This document shows, piece after piece, positions 38,505 through 45,149 of a DNA stretch of 45,149 nucleotides. Made by a program: the position numbers and the translations under genes. Position 1 is the stretch's first letter; each line of letters begins with the position of its first letter. The stretch is taken from positions 1 through 45,149 of the IMG/VR virus record IMGVR_UViG_3300035492_000074, one strand, 5' to 3'. This DNA is from a virus. Under the pieces are notes generated by a model that made no database searches, was not told where the DNA came from, and saw only the letters and a program-made list of their open reading frames with translations.

Positions 38505-38771
38505 TCAGACCAAGTCGCCAGCGTCGGCTTCGGCCTTCTCGGCTTCGGCTTTGGCTACCGCTTCGGCCTTCGCCTTGGCGCCGCCTTCGCCTCGAGCTTT
38601 CGCCTCGGCTTTGGCCTTTTCCTTCAGCTCGGCGCGGGCCTTCTCGACATCGGGCTTGCCGTCGACTGGTCGGAACCAGTCGGCTTTCTCGTTGGCGCCG
38701 ACCTCGAAGACCGAGCCCTCCCGGCGGCGAACGCCGCCGTAGAAGCCCATCTGCAGTGCGATCACTTTCAT
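38505..38771 (-). CDS. Hypothetical capsid-module protein with a Lys/Ala/Glu-rich C-terminal half
   Basis: 88 aa: MKVIALQMGFYGGVRRREGSVFEV... then EKARAELKEKAKAEAKARGEGGAKAKAEAVAKAEAEKAEADAGDLV. Confidence 0.65.
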   Translation of the reverse strand: MKVIALQMGFYGGVRRREGSVFEVGANEKADWFRPVDGKPDVEKARAELKEKAKAEAKARGEGGAKAKAEAVAKAEAEKAEADAGDLV

Positions 38772-38774
38772 GCG

Positions 38775-39215
38775 TTAGAACCCCGTATGAGAAGTGACAG
38801 CCGCCCAACCACCCGCCTCGGCCGCGAAGCCGGCGTTGACCTTGCCCGCAGTGGCGGTGCCGACGACGGTCACCACGAGGCCCAGGTAGCGCTCGTAGTC
38901 GAAGCCCTTCGGCATCTGGAAGCTGAACAGGGAGCCGGCGGTCAGGCGGGCAACCGGGATAGCGCCGGTGGAGCCATGCACGGTGCCAGTGCTCGGGTCG
39001 ATGGCCGGTTGGGCATCGGACACCAACTTGAACTCCACGCTAGTGGCGCCGGTGATGGTGGTGTCGACGCTGACGTAGAAGTCAGCATACTCACCGGAAC
39101 CGACACGTTCGCCGGTGGCGCCCAGGTCGATCACGTCGCCCAAGAGGACGTTGGCGTTGGCGCTGGTGGGGATTGCCACCGCATCCACGAATTCGCTGCG
39201 TTCGTCGAGGATCAT
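38775..39215 (-). CDS. Putative head decoration/cement protein
   Basis: 146 aa, immediately downstream of the major capsid gene, with RBS AGGAGA. The composition is beta-rich. The function is assigned from position only. Confidence 0.6.
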   Translation of the reverse strand: MILDERSEFVDAVAIPTSANANVLLGDVIDLGATGERVGSGEYADFYVSVDTTITGATSVEFKLVSDAQPAIDPSTGTVHGSTGAIPVARLTAGSLFSFQMPKGFDYERYLGLVVTVVGTATAGKVNAGFAAEAGGWAAVTSHTGF

Positions 39216-39245
39216 CTCAATTCTCCTGTGAAGGTGCAGCCGCCG

Positions 39246-40244
39246 TTAGGCGACTGCTGCCTCGGTGTTGGTGAGGGCGTCGGTCGTGCGAACCGGGATG
39301 CCGTCGAACACTTCGACCTTTTTGCCGCCAACTTCTTCGCGGGTCAGGGTCGAGTTCTTGGTGGCCGAGGCCAGCTGGCGACGCAGGAAGGACTTGGCGC
39401 GGCGGTTCATGTAGAACACCGGGCGGCCCATCGACAGCGACGGGATGCGCTCAATCGCATCGACCATCAGGTCGGCCAGATCCGGGCCGGTGGCCGCGTC
39501 CTTGGTCAGATCCTCTTGGTCGTACTGGATGCGCACGATGTAGCGCCAGTCGCGAACGGTCAGGCCTGCATCCCAGCGGTAGTGGGTGCGGTAGGCTTCC
39601 ATCCGGCCGCCGTTGCCGTCGACGTTCTCGATGGTGACCTGGCCCTTGTCGTCAACCGACAGACCCGCCTTCGACCCTTTCGGGTAGATGCCGTGGACGG
39701 TGTTCGGACCCCACACGATCAGCCAGATCGAGGCGTTGTCGTTGCCCTCGATGCCGGCGCTCTGGATGAGGTTCTCGGCGTTGGCAGCGGTGGTGCTATT
39801 GAAGCGCGGCGCGAAACCGGTGAAGGCTTCCGGCTCGGTGCCCTCGTTGCCGTAGAAGAGGGTCTGCACCATCTCCTGGTTCATGCCCTCGATGTGGGCG
39901 CGATCCTCGGACAGGCGGAACGAGGCGGTATTGCCGTTCAGATCCGCGAGCGCCTTGTCGACCTCGGCATACGCTTCCAGCATACCGGTCGAGTCGGTGA
40001 TCTGGATGGTGGTGCTCTTGGTCGGCTGCACGCCGCCATAGAGCTTACGCCATGTCGGGGTCGGCAGGCCGGTACGCACGGTGGTGCGGTGGCCGGTCGG
40101 CAGGTTGCCCTCGATCCAGACCATGTCTTCGAGGATCGGGTTGGTTTGGTTCAAGATCTCGGCGACAGCGTCGATCTTACCGTTGGGGTCCAAGCGGCGG
40201 GTAACGTCCAGCAGCGTTGGGTGGGTAGTCGGTAGAACGGCCAT
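39246..40244 (-). CDS. Major capsid protein
   Basis: 332 aa. RBS GGAG. It follows the scaffold gene. The N-terminus MAVLPTTHPTLLDVTRRLDPNGKIDAVAEILNQTNPILEDMVW is typical of this podovirus capsid family. Confidence 0.85.
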   Translation of the reverse strand: MAVLPTTHPTLLDVTRRLDPNGKIDAVAEILNQTNPILEDMVWIEGNLPTGHRTTVRTGLPTPTWRKLYGGVQPTKSTTIQITDSTGMLEAYAEVDKALADLNGNTASFRLSEDRAHIEGMNQEMVQTLFYGNEGTEPEAFTGFAPRFNSTTAANAENLIQSAGIEGNDNASIWLIVWGPNTVHGIYPKGSKAGLSVDDKGQVTIENVDGNGGRMEAYRTHYRWDAGLTVRDWRYIVRIQYDQEDLTKDAATGPDLADLMVDAIERIPSLSMGRPVFYMNRRAKSFLRRQLASATKNSTLTREEVGGKKVEVFDGIPVRTTDALTNTEAAVA

Positions 40245-40258
40245 TTAAGGGCACTCCA

Positions 40259-40888
40259 TCATTGGTTCATGTTGGGAAACAGCTTTGCCGCAGGATCTTG
40301 GGCTGCGCCCGGAGTCTGCTGCGCACCACCAACGAGGCGATCCTCGGAGATGGCTTTGCCGATCTTGACGAAGGCCTTCACGAAAGCCGGGTGGTTGCCC
40401 AGCCCGGTTTCATCCAGCACCGCGCGCAGATCCGGCGCGAAGGTATCCAGCACCTTGGCCGCGTACCCAAGGTTCTCGGCGAGCGCTTGGCCGCCGATCT
40501 CCTTGTCGTTCACGACCTCGTTACGCCACTGCTGCTGCGTCTGCGCGAAGGCCTCGGCCTGCTTGGTCTGCGCGCTTTGCATCAGCTTGACCCCCATGTC
40601 TACAACGGCCTGGGCCTTGTCTTGTGGGAGATTCAGCTCGCGGGCGTAGGCCTCGAACTCTCCAGCGACTTCCTTGTTCAGCTCGAAGCCCTCAGGCATC
40701 ACAAACTCGTAGGCCTCGGGGGCGCCTTGCGGCTTCTCCTCGGTCTTCGATTGCTCGCCTGCAGGTGCCTGGTCCTGCGGGGCGCCACCGTCTTGCCCAG
40801 TGGCAGGAGCCGCTGCAGCAGGTTCGGTGGCAGGCTGTGTCCCGGCTTCAGGTGTGCTTGCGCCGGACAACAGAGTTTCTTCGGTCAT
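40259..40888 (-). CDS. Scaffolding protein
   Basis: 209 aa. An acidic, Ala/Gln-rich N-terminus is followed by YEFVMPEGFELNKEVAGEFEAYARELNLPQDKAQAVVD, a typical scaffold motif. It lies between the portal-side genes and the capsid gene. Confidence 0.8.
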   Translation of the reverse strand: MTEETLLSGASTPEAGTQPATEPAAAAPATGQDGGAPQDQAPAGEQSKTEEKPQGAPEAYEFVMPEGFELNKEVAGEFEAYARELNLPQDKAQAVVDMGVKLMQSAQTKQAEAFAQTQQQWRNEVVNDKEIGGQALAENLGYAAKVLDTFAPDLRAVLDETGLGNHPAFVKAFVKIGKAISEDRLVGGAQQTPGAAQDPAAKLFPNMNQ

Positions 40889-41190
40889 TTGCTTTGCTCC
40901 TTGAGCATTGCGAAGTAATCGTCCAAGGCAACCGCCTTGATCTCCTCCAGAAGGAGCAAGCCGACAGAGCGAGCCCCTTCGTTGAAAAACGTGGTCGAGT
41001 TTCCGGTGAAGCTCGAGCGCTGCGTTCCGGTGATCTCCAGCAGGCGTGCCATGAAGCGGCGGCCCTGCGGTTGTTTCATCAACCAGGCGAGGTCATCGAC
41101 CTGCTGTCCGCGGGAAAGCTCCTCGCGGACTCGCTGGTCTCGTTGCTGGCGCTCGATGGCGCGGATGTCACGCGGATCAGGTGTATTCAT
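40885..41190 (-). CDS. Hypothetical head-module protein (101 aa)
   Basis: The ATG at 41190 gives MNTPDPRDIRAIERQQRDQRVREELSRGQQVDDLAWLMKQPQGRRFMARLLEITG.... There is an ATGA overlap with the scaffold start. Confidence 0.6.
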   Translation of the reverse strand: MNTPDPRDIRAIERQQRDQRVREELSRGQQVDDLAWLMKQPQGRRFMARLLEITGTQRSSFTGNSTTFFNEGARSVGLLLLEEIKAVALDDYFAMLKEQSK

Positions 41191-41200
41191 GCTGCGGAAA

Positions 41201-41353
41201 TTACCCGCGCTTGCGACGGGTATGCGCACCTGCGGCCGTGAATCTGCGATTTGCTGCGCGCAAGAGGTCCAGAAACACGACCATCAGGAGGAGCACGCCC
41301 AGGCCGAGCAACACGAGCCGCCCGTGCCAGAGCGGACTCATGCGGCTAGCCAT
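41201..41353 (-). CDS. Possible small membrane protein (50 aa)
   Basis: Translated by hand: MASRMSPLWHGRLVLLGLGVLLLMVVFLDLLRAANRRFTAAGAHTRRKRG. It has one TM helix and a basic tail, a weak RBS, and fills the gap between the portal gene and the next gene. Confidence 0.4.
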   Translation of the reverse strand: MASRMSPLWHGRLVLLGLGVLLLMVVFLDLLRAANRRFTAAGAHTRRKRG

Positions 41354-41388
41354 CTGAGAACGCCCCGGGGGCTGGCATGCTGGCTTCT

Positions 41389-43074
41389 CTACAAGACGCT
41401 GGGGGAGTTGTAGCCCTGGAACATACCCAGGATGCTGGACAGCGCGTTGTCCTCGGACAGGTTGATGTCGCTCGCCGCCTTGGCGGTCTGGGCCATCGCC
41501 GGCATGCCTTCCATCATCTGTTGCGCCTGCGCCTGCTGTGCGCGGTCCTGCCGAATGACGGCGACCTTGTCGTCGGCCACGATCAGCGATGGGTCCACGC
41601 CGAGCATATCGGCATATGCGTCGATCATCTGGTCGGCGTCGATCTTGTCGACCACGTCCGGACGCAGGCCCGCGATGGTGCCGACGGTGCCCAGCAGGCG
41701 GTCGACCGACTGCACGCCGACTGCACGCTGAGCCTGGGCCAGGGTGCTGACGTACTCAACCTGCAGGTCCATGCCTTGCAGCTCCTCCGGCGGCGGGGGC
41801 AGCAAACCGCCCTCCAGCAGCTGGTTGAAGCAGACGTTGATCATCGGGTCGAGCATCTCGTTGTGCAGGCGCTCGAGCACCGGGCCGAGCATGAGCAGCT
41901 TCTCCTCGTGCCGCTCTGCGATCTCGGTCGCGGTGGTGCCGCTGCGCTGGTCGTTGGCGAGCATGAGGAACAGGTCAGCGAAGAACGTCCCGTTGATCCG
42001 CTCGCGCACGTCCTGAATGTCGTTCAGCAGGTGCGACAGGTTGAGCTGCACCTCGTAGAGCGGCCGGATGCCGGCGCCACCCTGGGCCTGGTCGGCAAAC
42101 ACGATGCCGCCTGGGAACCGGTTGACCTGCTGGTTCATCAGCGAGGTCGGCACCATGAGCGGCGGCTTGGTCATGTAGTCGATGGCCTCGGCCTTGCGAA
42201 GCTGCTCGTGCTGTAGCTGCTTCACATCACCCAAGGCTTCCATCGCTGGGCTGTAGCCGTAGACGTCGTTGCCGGTGACGGCCCAGCGCGGCGCGATTAC
42301 CGGGAACTCCTTGAATCCCGACTCGCGCAGGATTTTGCGGTCGTCGCCGCCCTTCTCGAAATAGATCGACTTCCAGGGCATGTTGAGGTTGTCGCGCTTG
42401 CTGTGGTCGCGGTCGTAGCGGGGCTCGATGCCCTGCACGATGGTGACCCAGGTGTCGAGCCCCTTGCCGCCGTTCTTGTACAGGTTCTGCACGGTGGTGC
42501 TGCAGTTGCCCAGGCCGAACTCGCGCACTATCTGCGAGACGGTCATGTCCCATTCACGAAACAGGGTGCAGACCTCACGCCGGTTGTCGGTCGCGATGGC
42601 GTACTCGCCTGCGGTCAACGGGTAGTGGCGGATGACGTGCTCGAAATCGGCGGTGATGATGCATGCGCTGGTGCCGAACAGGCCCAGCTCCTCGTAGTAG
42701 GTCGACAGGCTGCGGTAGGTGTTGCTGCGCGAGAAGGTGTCGCGCATGCGGCGCGTGACCTCGTGCAGCCACAGCTTGACGGTCGAGTACTCCATCAGCT
42801 CGGTGTCGGCGATTGCCAGGCGGAACCACGGGCGCGCCGGGCTCGACATCCCCGACATCATGCCGGCGGAGAGCGTGCGCAAGGCCCGCGTGCCGGTGCT
42901 GTCGTAGATGGAGTTCCAGCGCTTGTCCCCGCGGTTCACATCGGACGCGACGAAGCGCCCGGTGCGAGGCAGGAAGTACTCGGACAGGTCGCGCCAGTGC
43001 GAGTCCCAATCGGAACGCTCGTTTTTCAGGGACGCGAATCGAGTCGCGAACTGGGTGCGATCTGTTTCGGCCAT
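41389..43074 (-). CDS. Portal (head-to-tail connector) protein, T7 gp8-like family
   Basis: 561 aa: ...RSDWDSHWRDLSEYFLPRTGRF...SIYDSTGTRALRTLSAGMMSGMSSPARPWFRL, the signature N-terminal region of podoviral connector proteins. Confidence 0.85.
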   Translation of the reverse strand: MAETDRTQFATRFASLKNERSDWDSHWRDLSEYFLPRTGRFVASDVNRGDKRWNSIYDSTGTRALRTLSAGMMSGMSSPARPWFRLAIADTELMEYSTVKLWLHEVTRRMRDTFSRSNTYRSLSTYYEELGLFGTSACIITADFEHVIRHYPLTAGEYAIATDNRREVCTLFREWDMTVSQIVREFGLGNCSTTVQNLYKNGGKGLDTWVTIVQGIEPRYDRDHSKRDNLNMPWKSIYFEKGGDDRKILRESGFKEFPVIAPRWAVTGNDVYGYSPAMEALGDVKQLQHEQLRKAEAIDYMTKPPLMVPTSLMNQQVNRFPGGIVFADQAQGGAGIRPLYEVQLNLSHLLNDIQDVRERINGTFFADLFLMLANDQRSGTTATEIAERHEEKLLMLGPVLERLHNEMLDPMINVCFNQLLEGGLLPPPPEELQGMDLQVEYVSTLAQAQRAVGVQSVDRLLGTVGTIAGLRPDVVDKIDADQMIDAYADMLGVDPSLIVADDKVAVIRQDRAQQAQAQQMMEGMPAMAQTAKAASDINLSEDNALSSILGMFQGYNSPSVL

Positions 43075-43078
43075 GGGG

Positions 43079-43285
43079 CTAGCCCCCCAGCAGTGTGGAT
43101 TTGCCGGTGGCTGCCCGGCCTGCGCCCGCGGGGCCAGTCAGCAGCGTACTGCCCGGAGCCGAAGCGAAGGCGCCCGTGTTGTTGGCCGTGTTGCGGCGGC
43201 GCTGGTCGATGTTATCGGGCGCCTGTGCGGCCTGAGGTGGCGGCTGCACTTCGATCTTGGGGGTCTTTGGTTTGGACGAGCACAT
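43079..43285 (-). CDS. Hypothetical protein (68 aa) between terL and the portal gene
   Basis: The ATG at 43285 has AGGTGA 5 nt upstream. Sequence is MCSSKPKTPKIEVQPPPQAAQAPDN...STLLTGPAGAGRAATGKSTLLGG. The ORF-track GTG start at 43345 would overlap terL by 56 nt. Confidence 0.55.
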   Translation of the reverse strand: MCSSKPKTPKIEVQPPPQAAQAPDNIDQRRRNTANNTGAFASAPGSTLLTGPAGAGRAATGKSTLLGG

Positions 43286-43289
43286 AGGG

Positions 43290-44882
43290 TCACCTATTGG
43301 ACTTTGCGTAGGGATCGTATTGCTGCTGCTGCACGTTATGCACACTGGTCAGGCCAACGTCAGCCCACAGCGGGGTGTGGCGCAGGGCGAGGAGGACAGC
43401 GGACGCCCGGTCGGGGCTGCGCTTGATGCGCTCGTAGATCTCCTCGCGCGACTCTACCTGGATCTTTGCGCCCTGCAGCCACCACTTCGGAGCGCACAGA
43501 TCGGCCAGCAGTTCCTTGTCGGGTGGCAGCTCGATGCCCATGTTGTTGCTCGGGTCGAGCGCTTCGCGCATGCGCCACCAGTCCTCGGAGCGCTGGTTGA
43601 CGAAGCCCAAGCGGCCGCTCTTGTCGAATCCGGTGGCGCGTTCGGAGACGTTCACGCCAACGATCTGGTGCCCGCCCTGCTTGATGAAGTCGTACGGGCT
43701 CGAGCCCACGCCGATCACGTCGATGTGGATTGGCGCACGGTTGCGCAAGGCGCTCAGCACCAAGCCGGCCACGGTCGGGCCGTCGGGCGTCTCGTTGCCT
43801 GGGTAGTACAGCAGCTCGTCGAACCAGTGCCCGTGCCGGCGCGCGATGACCGTCTTGTCCTTGCCGCCGCGCGCGACGTCCACGCCCAGGCTGTCCATTC
43901 GCGGCTTGCGCTCGCGCTTGGTCCACCGCTCCATGGCCATCTCGACCCACCGGGTGGGGATGACCTGCCATGGATCGTCCTCGATGCCAGCGTGGAAGTC
44001 GCCGTAGAGCATTTGCGAGCGCAGCGGCTCGGGTAGTGCCTGGAGCGTGGACATATAGCCGGTCGCCATGTAGTAGGGGTTGTCGGTCAGGCGCGCGGGG
44101 ATGAACGTGCGGCTCTTGGGCTGCACGATGTCCTCTGGCTTGAACCGCTTGGGGTCGAAGTCGTAGACCCGCTCGCCGTTTATCAGCACGAAGGCGCGCC
44201 CGTCGGGCACCTCCTCATCCTTGCCGGCGACGGTGGTGAACCAGCGCAGCTCGCCTGGTTTGGCTGGGTTGGGGTGCTTGCGGTCGAGCCAGGGGCCGAA
44301 GAAGTCGAGCACCCAGCGGCCCTCGGATGTGGTCGGCGGGTTGAACGTCATCAGCACCTGCGGCCGGATGGTCGGATCTTCCGAGCGCAGCCAGCCCATG
44401 ATGAAGCGCACCTGGTGCTCGCGCATCTCGGTGACCTCGTCGAACGCCTTGAGGTCGTGCGGGCGGCCCTGCCAGCGACGCTCGTCGCCGGGGTTGTCCA
44501 GGCCGCCGAACTCAACCAGCGGCTGGCGCCCGATCGGGATGCGCCAGATCGCCTTCTGGCTGTTGAACCCGTCGCTCGAGTCGAGGATCTGGGTCAGGCG
44601 CTGGATGATGCCCTCGCACTGCGCCTTCTCGCGGCGGATCACCAGGCAGCGCTTGTGCTTGGTCAGGATGCGCCCGGCCACGAGGTCCGACTTGCCGCCC
44701 CCTGCCGCCCCGCCGTAGCCGATGATGTCGGCCTCGGTCCAGTACGCCTCGGTCTGCGGGCCTGGTAGCGGCAGCCACAGAGGGGCGTCCTGTGTCAGCA
44801 GGGCGTCGAGTTCGGCTTGCTCCTCGGGCGTCAGGTGGCGCAGTAGGTGCTCGATATCGCTAGGCGAGATCGCTGGTGTCAT
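43290..44882 (-). CDS. terL: Terminase large subunit
   Basis: 530 aa. Walker A is GYGGAAGGGKSDL. The C-terminal nuclease region is VDVARGGKDKTV...IHIDVIGVG. It overlaps the terS stop by 23 nt. Confidence 0.9.
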   Translation of the reverse strand: MTPAISPSDIEHLLRHLTPEEQAELDALLTQDAPLWLPLPGPQTEAYWTEADIIGYGGAAGGGKSDLVAGRILTKHKRCLVIRREKAQCEGIIQRLTQILDSSDGFNSQKAIWRIPIGRQPLVEFGGLDNPGDERRWQGRPHDLKAFDEVTEMREHQVRFIMGWLRSEDPTIRPQVLMTFNPPTTSEGRWVLDFFGPWLDRKHPNPAKPGELRWFTTVAGKDEEVPDGRAFVLINGERVYDFDPKRFKPEDIVQPKSRTFIPARLTDNPYYMATGYMSTLQALPEPLRSQMLYGDFHAGIEDDPWQVIPTRWVEMAMERWTKRERKPRMDSLGVDVARGGKDKTVIARRHGHWFDELLYYPGNETPDGPTVAGLVLSALRNRAPIHIDVIGVGSSPYDFIKQGGHQIVGVNVSERATGFDKSGRLGFVNQRSEDWWRMREALDPSNNMGIELPPDKELLADLCAPKWWLQGAKIQVESREEIYERIKRSPDRASAVLLALRHTPLWADVGLTSVHNVQQQQYDPYAKSNR

Positions 44883-45149
44883 CGATTGGGGCCTCAGCTT
44901 CGGCGGCGCGCTTCTGCGCCAGCTGCAGAAGAGCGGCCAGGCGCGCGGCGCGGGCGGTGTCGTTCAGTTGCATGCCGCCGGAGATCTCTTGCTTGACCTC
45001 CGAGCGTTCGCGGTATTTGTCGGGTCGGTGCGCCTTGAGCAGGAACATGGTCAGCGGGTCGCTGTACTTGCGGACGTAGCCGACCTCGTCGCCCTTGTAG
45101 AACACCGGCTCCTCCGTGCCCTGGAAGGCGCGCCGGTGGGCCTCAGCCT
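44860..45149 (-). CDS. terS: Terminase small subunit, C-terminal part (continues from 128..311 through the circular junction)
   Basis: The frame is open to the window end. ...EEPVFYKGDEVGYVRKYSDPLTMFLLKAHRPDKYRERSEV...AEAEAPIDDTSDLA is in phase with the N-terminal part at 1..311. Confidence 0.75.
   Translation of the reverse strand, partial: AEAHRRAFQGTEEPVFYKGDEVGYVRKYSDPLTMFLLKAHRPDKYRERSEVKQEISGGMQLNDTARAARLAALLQLAQKRAAEAEAPIDDTSDLA
45023..45149. repeat. Terminal direct repeat, copy 2 (identical to 1..127)
   Basis: See copy 1. Confidence 0.9.

Noticed and set aside
38346-40235. 629-aa + strand ORF across the capsid region
   Set aside because: It is antisense to the major capsid, decoration-like and tubular A genes, which have RBSs and recognisable sequences. 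Its composition is typical of a shadow ORF.
1-45149. tRNA genes, CRISPR arrays, integrase/excisionase, partition genes and a phage RNA polymerase
   Set aside because: I scanned by eye for T-loop-like GGTTCGAATCC motifs, regularly spaced direct repeats and recombinase-sized ORFs, and found none. A proper tRNAscan/minced/HMM run is still needed to confirm this.

Overview
The window looks like one complete, circularly closed genome of a high-GC tailed phage with podovirus-like, T7-type structural gene order. The first 127 nt are identical to the last 127 nt, so the unique length is 45,022 bp, and the small terminase gene is split across the window ends. Transcription is organised in two arms that diverge from a control region at about 7.40-7.55 kb and converge on a bidirectional terminator at about 18.15 kb. 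The rightward arm (7549-18130, + strand) carries small early genes and a replication module. That module contains a Cas4-like PD-(D/E)XK exonuclease, a free-standing HNH endonuclease, a DUF2815-type SSB, an intein-containing family A DNA polymerase, VRR-NUC, an SNF2 helicase and a TraR zinc finger. The leftward arm (- strand) starts with a Cro-like HTH gene, a class II ribonucleotide reductase, a prim-pol/VirE primase-helicase and small genes. It then continues across the circular junction into terS, terL, portal, scaffold, capsid, tail tubular A and B, internal (ejection) proteins, tail fibre/spike and a lysis cassette. I found no tRNA, CRISPR array, integrase or partition genes. The most unusual items are: (1) a 307-codon intein in the polymerase whose endonuclease slot is filled by an HNH-type ORF in a different reading frame; (2) a 3347-aa multidomain polyvalent protein in the position of T7 gp16, carrying an ART-like module and an HExxH module; (3) a 350-bp lower-GC region of nested inverted repeats and iteron-like GGTAGCGG copies next to the primase-helicase gene, a candidate origin; (4) a palindromic TTAGCA-N2-TGCTAA element embedded in sigma70-like promoters at five places. 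All family assignments come from motifs read by eye, and no database search was run. Coordinates of non-ORF features may be off by 1-2 nt.
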